DNA of 64,000 nt, taken from the IMG/VR virus record IMGVR_UViG_3300045953_000290; one strand, written 5' to 3'. The notes beneath the pieces were generated by a model. The model was not told the DNA's origin, did no database searches, and saw only the letters and a program-made list of their open reading frames with translations. This document shows positions 56,399 through 64,000 of the stretch, one piece after another. A program made the position numbers and the translations under genes. This DNA is from an uncultured virus (IMG/VR IMGVR_UViG_3300045953_000290) (lineage: Duplodnaviria > Heunggongvirae > Uroviricota > Caudoviricetes). Within the stretch, counting starts at the first letter, position 1; every line of letters begins with the position of its first letter.

Positions 56399-56665
56399 TC
56401 AGGGCCCCAGCCCCTTCCCCTCCACCACCCGCAGCGGTGGGACGTCGGACGTCGTGCGGCGGCGGCGGGAGGCGTCCCAGGCGAGCACATCCCCGCCGTG
56501 ATAGCGCACCAGCTCGCCGTACTTGCGAAACGGCGGCCCGCCGCCCCGGTGGCGCCAGCTTTGCAGCGTGCGCACCGCGACCCGCAGGTAGGCCGCGATC
56601 TCGCTCGGGAGGTAGATCAGGTTGGGGTCGAGAGGTCCTGGGGGTGCCTGCGGCTCAGGCATCAT
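56399..56665 (-). CDS. Excisionase-like HTH protein
   Basis: Homolog at 17044..17310. Confidence 0.8.
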   Translation of the reverse strand: MMPEPQAPPGPLDPNLIYLPSEIAAYLRVAVRTLQSWRHRGGGPPFRKYGELVRYHGGDVLAWDASRRRRTTSDVPPLRVVEGKGLGP

Positions 56666-56864
56666 CCGCACGCTCCTCCTCGTCATACAAGGCCTCGACC
56701 GAGACCTCGAGGGCCTTCGCCAGGTCATAGAGCACGAGACTGGAGACCCCGACCGTGCCAGCCTCATACTCCGCAATCAGGGAGCGGGATTTGCCGAGTT
56801 TGTCTGCCAGCACTTGTTGTGTCATCCCACGCGACTTGCGCCACTGTTTGATTGCGAGCTTCAT
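56655..56864 (-). CDS. Cro-like repressor
   Basis: Identical to 17300..17509 except the last residue. Confidence 0.8.
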   Translation of the reverse strand: MKLAIKQWRKSRGMTQQVLADKLGKSRSLIAEYEAGTVGVSSLVLYDLAKALEVSVEALYDEEERADDA

Positions 56865-57014
56865 GGAGTCCTCCGTGCGTCGGTAATGCCGACATTCTAG
56901 CATATATGTCGCTCATGGCAACCTTTTTTCTTCATTTCCCAGCGTGAGGCTGCCTCCTCTTGAGGTATAATGTCGATAACATCGACATATAGGGTAGTCG
57001 GGAAAGGCGACACA

Positions 57015-57383
57015 ATGAGTACAGCTATGATGGTGAATAGCGAGCTTGTAGGACAGGTGTTTGGGAAATCGGTGCGGCACGTGCGCAAATCCCAAGGCAT
57101 GAAACAGGAAGTGCTCGCTGAGGCCGTTGGCTATTCCCGCACGCGCCTGAGTGAGATTGAAAATGGCGATTTACCCACGTTCGATAAAGCCATCAGTATC
57201 GCCAACGAGCTTGGGGTCCCCCTGGATCGCTTACTGTATCCCCTGCTCAGCACGCCGGCGATGGAGACGACGCCACACTTCCTGCACCAGCTGATACAGT
57301 TGCCGTCCCAGGAGCAACGGCGCATTGTGGAGCTGTTTCAGGTGCTCCTGGAGGAGATCAAGCTGGTGGTCGTCTCGGCCTAG
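57015..57383 (+). CDS. CI-like XRE repressor
   Basis: Homolog at 17660..18028. Confidence 0.8.
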   Translation: MSTAMMVNSELVGQVFGKSVRHVRKSQGMKQEVLAEAVGYSRTRLSEIENGDLPTFDKAISIANELGVPLDRLLYPLLSTPAMETTPHFLHQLIQLPSQEQRRIVELFQVLLEEIKLVVVSA

Positions 57384-57543
57384 AGAGCTGCTTCCCCCTC
57401 GCTTCCCCGCTCCTGCCTCCTGCGGGATCCTCCCCGGTCGTGCTGGCCATCAGGCTTCCCTTGCGCTGAGAAAACATCGTTCCATGTGCTCCATCCTGCA
57501 TGACTCTCCACCGCGCCACGAGACGCTACACGGCGCTATGACT

Positions 57544-57564
57544 GGTGTTGCACGACGTAACACC
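57544..57564. other. Candidate att core (7-7-7 dyad)
   Basis: GGTGTTG-CACGACG-TAACACC. Confidence 0.45.
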
Positions 57565-57649
57565 GGGAGGCATGACGACATCCATGACGCTGTAAAACGC
57601 TCCGTGACTATTTCGCTGCTTCCCCCCTGCTTCCCAAGGAGGATAGGCC

Positions 57650-58846
57650 ATGCCACGACTCACCAAAGCACTCCTCGATGGGCTCACCCCAGGCGCGAAA
57701 GATGCCACCGTCTGGGATAGCTTGCTTCCCGGCTTCGGCGTTCGCTTGCGTCCAGGCAGTCCGCACAAAACGTTTTACGTCCAGTACCGCCTCACCCCCG
57801 GCCAGCAACGCCGCCGCAAGCTGGGCGCCTATGGCGTCCTCACGGTCGAGGAAGCCCGCACGCAGGCGCGCCTCTGGCTTGCCCAGGTGGCGCAGGGGAT
57901 TGATCCCGTGATGGTGGCCTCTGCCCGCCATACCATGGCGGATCTGGCGGCGCGCTTTGTCGTCGAGTATAGCCAGCGGCATACCAAACCCACTACGCAA
58001 CGGGGGACCCGCAGTCTCCTGCGGCTCCATATCCTTCCCGTCCTGGGGGCGCACCGCGTGCAGGAGGTGACGCACGCCGAGGTGCTGGCGCTCCACGCCG
58101 CCCTGCACGCGACGCCCTATCAAGCCAACCGCATGCTCGCCCTGCTGTCGCGCATGTTTCGGCTCGCGGAACGCTGGGGGTGGCGGACCCTGGGCAGCAA
58201 TCCGGCCCGGGGCCTCCAGACCTATCGCGAGCACGCCCGCGAGCGCTATCTCACCCCAGAAGAATGTGGGATCCTCTGGAAGGCGCTGGCGCAGGCTGAC
58301 CAGGCGCGCGCGCAGCATTGGCGCTTTACGGCGGGGATACGGCTTCTCCTCCTTACCGGCGCCCGGACAGGGGAAATGCTGGGCTTGCAATGGCGGTGGA
58401 TCGATTGGCAGCACGGGCAGGCACGGTTGCCGGAGTCGAAGACCGGTCCCAAATCGCTCTATTTTGCGCCGGAGGCGCTGGACGTCCTCCGACACCTCCC
58501 CAGGGTGCTCGACAATCCCTACGTCCTGCCAGGCGCCAGAACGGGGCGGCCCTACACCGGGTTGCGCAATACCTGGGAGCATTTCCGGCGGACAGTGGGC
58601 TTAGACGATGTGCGGCTGCATGATCTGCGGCACACGTATGCCGCCTATGCGGCGGGCGCCGGTGTGACCCTGCCGCAGATTGGCGCGCTCCTGGGGCATA
58701 AACACCCGCAAGCCACGGCCCGCTACGCACACATTGCGCCCGCCGTGGCCCACGCCGCCGCGGCGCAAACTGGCGCGGCGCTGGCGCGGGTGCTGCGGGG
58801 GGAGAGGGAGGCGGCGGCACCGGGGGATGCCGCCGGCGGGGGTTAG
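57650..58846 (+). CDS. int: Tyrosine integrase
   Basis: R-K-H-R-H-Y residues; closely similar to 18295..19476. Confidence 0.95.
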   Translation: MPRLTKALLDGLTPGAKDATVWDSLLPGFGVRLRPGSPHKTFYVQYRLTPGQQRRRKLGAYGVLTVEEARTQARLWLAQVAQGIDPVMVASARHTMADLAARFVVEYSQRHTKPTTQRGTRSLLRLHILPVLGAHRVQEVTHAEVLALHAALHATPYQANRMLALLSRMFRLAERWGWRTLGSNPARGLQTYREHARERYLTPEECGILWKALAQADQARAQHWRFTAGIRLLLLTGARTGEMLGLQWRWIDWQHGQARLPESKTGPKSLYFAPEALDVLRHLPRVLDNPYVLPGARTGRPYTGLRNTWEHFRRTVGLDDVRLHDLRHTYAAYAAGAGVTLPQIGALLGHKHPQATARYAHIAPAVAHAAAAQTGAALARVLRGEREAAAPGDAAGGG

Positions 58847-58880
58847 CGTCCGTGCGTACAGCGCCAGCGCCAGCGCAGCC

Positions 58881-59072
58881 CTAAGACCCCTTGCACTCTT
58901 TTATATGGCCGCGGATACACAAATCCCAGAGGAGATGCATGACCGCGGTCATGCCGCCAAACAGCAGGCCGGCGTACAGCCCGGCATGGCCAAGCATAAA
59001 GAGGCCCGTACCGATCAGGATATAGGTGCACGGGTGCACCCTGGGATGATGGGGACACCGGGGTTTCAGCAT
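58881..59072 (-). CDS. Small membrane protein
   Basis: Homolog at 20245..20436. Confidence 0.7.
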   Translation of the reverse strand: MLKPRCPHHPRVHPCTYILIGTGLFMLGHAGLYAGLLFGGMTAVMHLLWDLCIRGHIKECKGS

Positions 59073-59083
59073 GCGTTGCTCCT

Positions 59084-59293
59084 TTACGCGCCCGCCAAGC
59101 GGCGCACCAGATCCTGTGTGTTGGTGATATCAATCCCCTGCTGGCGCAGCTGCAAAAAGATCGCCGCCTGCAGGCCATGGATGATGCGGATCTCTCTGAT
59201 GACGTACGCCAGACATCCCCCAGTCCACGCCAGCGAGGCGATGGATAAGGCGGCAATGCTTCCCGTAATCAGATCATGATCGGACATCGTCAT
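59084..59293 (-). CDS. Small membrane protein
   Basis: GAGGAG RBS; TM segment. Confidence 0.6.
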   Translation of the reverse strand: MTMSDHDLITGSIAALSIASLAWTGGCLAYVIREIRIIHGLQAAIFLQLRQQGIDITNTQDLVRRLAGA

Positions 59294-59489
59294 CTCCTCG
59301 CTGGCGTGCCCCGTGGTACGCCTGCTTGCGCGCCTCTTTACAGGCGGTGCAGCACTTGCGCGCGGGGAAGCCCCGCGTGTGCCAGCCGAGGAGGGCCACG
59401 GTCGGCCGCTCCTCGGCCAGATACTGGATCGCCCACTCGGCGGGGGCTGCCCGGCAATCCTGGCAGCGGGGGAGGCGTTGCATCGTCAT
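59274..59489 (-). CDS. Zn-finger-like small protein
   Basis: CxxC...CxxC. Confidence 0.6.
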   Translation of the reverse strand: MTMQRLPRCQDCRAAPAEWAIQYLAEERPTVALLGWHTRGFPARKCCTACKEARKQAYHGARQRGDDDVRS

Positions 59490-59752
59490 CTCCTCTCTGG
59501 GGGCGCGTGGCCCCGCTCGTGTGAGGCGTCGGGTTGCTCCAGCGCCGCGACAATCTGTTGGACGACGGCCTCGTGGCCGCCCAGGGCATCCAGCATGGCA
59601 AAAAAGGCGCGCTGCGACAGGGCGCTATGCGCCTCCTGGAGCGCTGCACGCGCCACAGCGCGCGCCGCACTGGCACGCTCTATGCCCTGGACATACGCCA
59701 GGTTGGCGCGGGCGGTCGTGATGGCCTGCTGCAGAAATCGGGTCGTGTCCAT
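59486..59752 (-). CDS. Hypothetical protein
   Basis: GAGGAG RBS before MDTTRFL. Confidence 0.6.
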   Translation of the reverse strand: MDTTRFLQQAITTARANLAYVQGIERASAARAVARAALQEAHSALSQRAFFAMLDALGGHEAVVQQIVAALEQPDASHERGHAPPERR

Positions 59753-59793
59753 CGTTGCTCTCCTCTGCGGGGCCCTCCGGCCCCCGTCGGTGG

Positions 59794-60165
59794 TTACGCG
59801 CCAGCCTTGCGGCGTTTGCCGCGGCACCAGCCCTCGCCGGGCACCTGATGTGACCACCAGGAGCCCCGATCGTTCGACTGCTTCGACATCGCCTTCTGAT
59901 GGATCGGGCACCAATCCTCGCGCTCCTCCAGCGGTGGCGCCGGCACCGGCTGCGGCTTCGGCAGCTTCGCCTGCAGGCGCCTGATATAGTCCAGCACGCG
60001 CGGCAGGCGGCTGGCGACGTCGCTATCGTCGCCGCGGAGCGTCCAGGACAGGCTCACACCGTCCACGTCCAGGCGCAGACACAGCGTCGAGAGCGGATAC
60101 TCGCTCGCTGGCATGGCCGGCGCCGGCTGGGGGGGGGTCTCGGTGGTCAGGGTGACATCGGTCAT
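59794..60165 (-). CDS. Hypothetical protein with Zn motif
   Basis: Homolog at 21483..21863. Confidence 0.7.
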   Translation of the reverse strand: MTDVTLTTETPPQPAPAMPASEYPLSTLCLRLDVDGVSLSWTLRGDDSDVASRLPRVLDYIRRLQAKLPKPQPVPAPPLEEREDWCPIHQKAMSKQSNDRGSWWSHQVPGEGWCRGKRRKAGA

Positions 60166-60329
60166 GGGTGGTCATCTCCTCGCAGGATGCGCGCGATGCT
60201 CTCATGCGTGGCGCGGACTTCTCGCAAGAGGATCCAGAACCCCACGAAGGGGCTCAGGATCCCCACCACGGCCAGGCCGAGGCTCAGGGCCTCCAGCCGT
60301 ACGATCAACAGTGCCAGGTGTGGATCCAT
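60162..60329 (-). CDS. Small membrane protein
   Basis: AAGGAGG RBS before MDPHLALL; TM segment. Confidence 0.55.
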   Translation of the reverse strand: MDPHLALLIVRLEALSLGLAVVGILSPFVGFWILLREVRATHESIARILRGDDHP

Positions 60330-60340
60330 CCGTCCCTCCT

Positions 60341-60934
60341 TTAGCCCTGCAGCCAGCGTTCCCACCGGCTGACCTCGCCATACCAGGCCGTTTCGTGGCA
60401 CGGGCGCTTGTCCCACAGCTCCAGGCTCAGGCTGTCCGTGTACCAGCCGGGGCGCTCCATGCGGGGCTCGAACCAGTACGAGCCATCGGCCTGCGGAAAC
60501 GCCCAGCCGCCGACCCCGTAGGCCCACTCCTCCAGACTGACCGCCGGATAGCACACCTCGCCCACCGGCGCCGGCACGTAGCCCTTGAGCGTCAGATTGA
60601 CATGGGCCATGGCGGTGAGCACCGCCGCCAGGTAGTGTTTGCAGCCGCGCACTCCAGGGCGGGCGTCCGGCATCTGCTCGGCTCGCCGTCTGGCGTCGTA
60701 ACAGTCACAGCCGGCGCGGGTGACCCGGTACACCACCTCGGGATCGCGCTCACTGGTGATGTGCGCCAGCGTCGGGCTCTCCAGGCTGACCGCGCCGTTC
60801 AAGGCCAGCACCAACCCGCGATCCGCCCGCTTGGCATCGGCGGTGGCGGGGAGCTGCGTGCGGGCGTCGCGCAGGGCGGCGTCGAAGGCCAGGGTGTGGT
60901 CAGCGGTGAAATGTGTTACAGTCTGCATCGTCAT
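60341..60934 (-). CDS. SWIM-type Zn-finger protein
   Basis: Homolog at 21884..22474. Confidence 0.75.
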   Translation of the reverse strand: MTMQTVTHFTADHTLAFDAALRDARTQLPATADAKRADRGLVLALNGAVSLESPTLAHITSERDPEVVYRVTRAGCDCYDARRRAEQMPDARPGVRGCKHYLAAVLTAMAHVNLTLKGYVPAPVGEVCYPAVSLEEWAYGVGGWAFPQADGSYWFEPRMERPGWYTDSLSLELWDKRPCHETAWYGEVSRWERWLQG

Positions 60935-61013
60935 TACTCCTACCCACTAGTGGGGTGTGACAGATGCCCTACCGAGATACTTTGGACGGTCCCTCGGTAG
61001 GGCGTTGCTGCGT

Positions 61014-61190
61014 CTAGTGGCCGTTGCCACGCTCCAACATATCCTTGATGGCCTGGAGCGTGATCTCCAGGCGCTCGATCGCCGTCACCAGCCGGTCATT
61101 GAGCTGCGCTTGCTGCTCGTTGATCGCCTGCTGCCGGACGGCAAAGCCGCCCAGCGCCTGCAACAGCTGCTCCATCTCGTCCTGCGTCAT
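61014..61190 (-). CDS. Small coiled-coil protein
   Basis: MTQDEMEQLLQAL...ERGNGH. Confidence 0.6.
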   Translation of the reverse strand: MTQDEMEQLLQALGGFAVRQQAINEQQAQLNDRLVTAIERLEITLQAIKDMLERGNGH

Positions 61191-61626
61191 CGTGGCGTCC
61201 TCTCTCGTGCGCGGGATACCGCTCCATCTCGGTCTCTCCGTCCAGCAGGGTGACTGGTATCGTCTTGCCATGGCGCATCATCACATCCCAGACGGTCGCG
61301 TTATACAGCGTCACCGCGGTGTCCCGGTCGGCGCTGGCCGCCACCACCTGCCCGGCGACCGCGACACTGTATCGCTGGACCGTGCAGGCCTGGTACGCCG
61401 GCGTCTCGGGCGTCTCTGGCGTCTCTGGCGTCTCAGTGGTCAGGGCCTCCGTGACCAACCTGGCGATCTCGCCCAGCTCGGCGGCCGTAAACGGGGTCGC
61501 GTCCTGGCCGCGTGCCGCCATCTGCTCCAGGCGGTCGATCTGATTCCAGGTCGTCATCGGGTTCGCCGGATCGTGGCGGCTGATAAACATTGCTACGGCT
61601 TGCTCGATGGTCGTGATCGCTTCCAT
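61096..61626 (-). CDS. Hypothetical protein with TPE repeats
   Basis: AGGAG RBS; 3' end overlaps the next gene. Confidence 0.5.
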   Translation of the reverse strand: MEAITTIEQAVAMFISRHDPANPMTTWNQIDRLEQMAARGQDATPFTAAELGEIARLVTEALTTETPETPETPETPAYQACTVQRYSVAVAGQVVAASADRDTAVTLYNATVWDVMMRHGKTIPVTLLDGETEMERYPAHERGRHDDAGRDGAAVAGAGRLCRPAAGDQRAASAAQ

Positions 61627-61790
61627 GGTCGTCTCTCCTGCTCGGGGTGGTCTCGGTGGTCATCGCCGTGTCATGCGTATAATATACCTCGTTCGAGGTA
61701 GGTTGTCAAGAGTGGATAAAATAAAAAATGAGGTAATGTAATTTTTTTAGACCTTGCTATAATTACTCAGTATACAATATATCTACCTCT

Positions 61791-62123
61791 ATGGAGATAT
61801 CAAATATGCCGCGAGCACCGCAGTCACAACCGACCACCCAGGATCAGCTCCTGGCGTCCAGGCTGGAAAATCTGTTGCATCGGCGGGATCTGAGTCCGTT
61901 GCACGTGGCCCGCCTGGCCGATGTGCCCTTATCGGTGGTGCAACGGCTCCTCAATAGTCAATCCAGGCAGCCATCGTTGTGGACGCTGGTGCGTCTGGCT
62001 GATGTGCTGGCGGTCTCGGTGGATTACCTTGCGGGGAGAACGGACGACGAACACCCCCCACGCCGCATTCGAGGGCCGAAGCGCCGCCCGGCGCCCGCCG
62101 ACGAGGACGGGGAAGCGGCTTGA
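61791..62123 (+). CDS. Second XRE-family repressor of unit C
   Basis: PSLWTLVRLADVLAVSVDYLAGRTD. Confidence 0.8.
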   Translation: MEISNMPRAPQSQPTTQDQLLASRLENLLHRRDLSPLHVARLADVPLSVVQRLLNSQSRQPSLWTLVRLADVLAVSVDYLAGRTDDEHPPRRIRGPKRRPAPADEDGEAA

Positions 62124-62188
62124 CGCCGCGCCGCCGGCGGTGCTAGGCTGAGATAGCCAACAATAGCCATATTTGCCCACGAGGCCGT

Positions 62189-62449
62189 ATGCCACGAGGC
62201 GGATCGAAACCGGGCGAACGCCGCGGCGGTCGCAAGCCCGGCAGCCGCAACAAAGCCACCGCCGGCATCCGCGAGATTGCCCGCAGCTTCGTCGATGACC
62301 CCGACTACCGGGCGGCGCTCAAGGTGCGCCTGGAAACGGGCACCGCCGGCAGTATGGAAGCCACGCTCTGGGCCTACGGCTATGGCCGCCCCGCGGTGGA
62401 CGCCAGCGGCGAGGGACAGACCCCCACGGCCATCACCATTCACTTTTAG
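62189..62449 (+). CDS. terS: Terminase small subunit
   Basis: RGGSKPGERRGGRKPGSRNKAT; YGYGRP. Confidence 0.75.
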   Translation: MPRGGSKPGERRGGRKPGSRNKATAGIREIARSFVDDPDYRAALKVRLETGTAGSMEATLWAYGYGRPAVDASGEGQTPTAITIHF

Positions 62450-62461
62450 CGAGGGCTCCCG

Positions 62462-63772
62462 ATGCCCGCTGCGAAGGTCCGCCGCCTCACGGTCCACTTC
62501 CCCCCGCTGCGTCCGGTGCAGCGCGAGCTGTTTGACGCCCGCAAGCGCTTCAACGTCTGGACCTGCCATCGCCGCATGGGCAAAACGACCCTCGCCCTGT
62601 ATACCCTGATCCACGATGCCTACGCCTGTCCGCTGCCGGCCCCGCGCTATGCCTACATCGCGCCGCTCTTCCGCCAGGCCAAGTCGATTGCCTGGGATCT
62701 GCTGCGGCGGCTCCTGACCCCACTGCCTGGCGTGAAGTTCACCGAGGCGGAGTTGCGCGTGGACCTGCATACCGGTGCCCGCCTGCAGCTCTTTGGCGCG
62801 GATAGCCCGGACACGTTGCGCGGACTCTATTTTGATGGCGTCGTGCTCGACGAAGCCGCCCAGATGCGCCCGCGCCTGTGGCCGGAAATCGTCCGCCCCG
62901 CCCTGGCCGACCGGCAGGGCTGGGCCATCCACATCAGCACGCCGCTGGGGCACAATGCCTTCTACGATCTGTACCAGCAAGCGCTGACTGATCCCCTCTG
63001 GCATACCGCCCTGTACCGGGCGTCGGAGACGGGGATCGTTCCTGAGTCGGAACTGGCGTCCGCTCGTGCCGTCATGGCCCCGGAACAGTACGCCCAGGAA
63101 TTCGAGGTGTCCTTCGAGAGCGCCCTGATCGGCTCCTACTACGGCAGCTATCTGGAGACCGCCACGAAGGAAGGCCGCCTTGGCCACGTGCCCTGGCAGT
63201 CCCACCTGCCGGTGCATACGGCGTGGGACTTAGGGGTGAGTGATGCGACGGCCATCTGGTTCATTCAGCCGGTGGGGACGGCGCTGCACGTGATTGATTA
63301 CCTCGAAGCCACCGATCACGGGATTGAGTGGTACGCCCGCGCCCTCAAGGAGAAACCGTATGTGTACGGGCGGCATTACTTCCCGCACGACATTGCGGCG
63401 CGGGACTGGTCCCAGGACGGCCGCACGCGCTTACAGATTGCCGAGAGCCTGGGGCTCACGCCCGCCGTGGTCGTGCCGCAGGGTGCGGTGGCCAATGGGA
63501 TTCAGGCCGTGCGGACGCTTCTGCCGCGCTGCTGGTTCGATACGGGGCGCTGTCACGAGGGCCTGGAAGCGCTCAAGGCGTACCGCCGCGAATGGGACGA
63601 ACAGCACCACGCCTGGAAGAACCACCCCCTGCATGACTTTGCCTGCCACGCCGCGGACGCTCTGCGCACCTTCGCCATGGGCTATGCGGAGGAGCGGCAG
63701 CCGCTGCGCCAGACGGTGCAGGTGACGGCAGGGCGGGGGGGTGGGGGATGGCGCGAGACGTTTAGCGGCTAG
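62462..63772 (+). CDS. terL: Terminase large subunit (different family from unit B)
   Basis: HRRMGKT, LRG.YFDGVVLDE, ISTPLG, AWDLG..D, HAADALR. Confidence 0.93.
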   Translation: MPAAKVRRLTVHFPPLRPVQRELFDARKRFNVWTCHRRMGKTTLALYTLIHDAYACPLPAPRYAYIAPLFRQAKSIAWDLLRRLLTPLPGVKFTEAELRVDLHTGARLQLFGADSPDTLRGLYFDGVVLDEAAQMRPRLWPEIVRPALADRQGWAIHISTPLGHNAFYDLYQQALTDPLWHTALYRASETGIVPESELASARAVMAPEQYAQEFEVSFESALIGSYYGSYLETATKEGRLGHVPWQSHLPVHTAWDLGVSDATAIWFIQPVGTALHVIDYLEATDHGIEWYARALKEKPYVYGRHYFPHDIAARDWSQDGRTRLQIAESLGLTPAVVVPQGAVANGIQAVRTLLPRCWFDTGRCHEGLEALKAYRREWDEQHHAWKNHPLHDFACHAADALRTFAMGYAEERQPLRQTVQVTAGRGGGGWRETFSG

Positions 63773-63927
63773 GCTTGACACCCCCCATGGCGCGTTGTAC
63801 CCTCGCAGCAGCCGGGCGCTGAGAGCCTGCCCCGTACCGCGATACGGGGCCATCCATGGTCAACCGCGGGGAAGAAGCGCAGTTCCTCCGAGTGTCCGGC
63901 ATCCCCTGCCACCAGGAGGACCCTCCC

Positions 63928-64000
63928 ATGCCTGCTAAATCTCGGAAACAACAACAACTCATGGGCTCTGACCTGGCCCGGGCCCGCAAGGGCCAGAAAA
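63928..64000 (+). CDS. Small basic protein, 3'-truncated
   Basis: AGGAGG RBS; MPAKSRKQQQLMG. Confidence 0.55.
   Translation, partial: MPAKSRKQQQLMGSDLARARKGQK

Larger units (their letters stand above)
18189..57543. mobile_element. Prophage unit B, apparently complete P22-like podovirus prophage (~39.4 kb)
   Basis: Order int, early genes, terS, terL, portal, scaffold, coat, gp4/gp10/gp26-like, ejection proteins, tailspikes, replication, cro/cI; boundaries inferred. Confidence 0.85.
57544..64000. mobile_element. Prophage unit C (left part: int, early genes, terS, terL), truncated by window end
   Basis: Homologous to 18189..26800. Confidence 0.85.

Noticed and set aside
1..64000. tRNA or rRNA genes
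   Set aside because: None recognised by eye; tRNAscan-SE would be needed to exclude them

Overview
The entire 64-kb window is phage-like, with no host housekeeping genes. It is a head-to-tail tandem array of related but mosaic P22-like (short-tailed) temperate prophages with an integrase-to-integrase period of 39,355 bp. It holds the right part of unit A (1 to ~18.2 kb), a complete unit B (~18.2 to 57.55 kb) and the left part of unit C (57.55 to 64 kb). The units share integrase, cI/cro/xis and structural gene order, but have swapped terminase, replication, ejection-protein and tailspike modules. The main finding is in unit B: a solitary RAMP/Cas7-like gene (213 aa after splicing) that the ORF track misses because a 746-nt group I intron carrying a LAGLIDADG endonuclease splits it. 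It lies directly downstream of apparently non-coding (CGGC-NN)n hexamer arrays. At the near-syntenic position, unit A carries a perfect 29-unit (GAC-NN)n pentamer array with a terminal hairpin and no RAMP gene. Together these suggest a phage RNA-guided system with fixed-motif/variable-dinucleotide guides (VIPR-like; inference). Other notable items: a family of 24-nt frame-preserving hairpin micro-insertions, a Dam-like methyltransferase with six 24-aa repeats, signal-peptide-bearing tailspike-like proteins, no recognisable endolysin, and an IS200/IS605-derived non-autonomous element. All product calls come from motif recognition and synteny, not from database searches.
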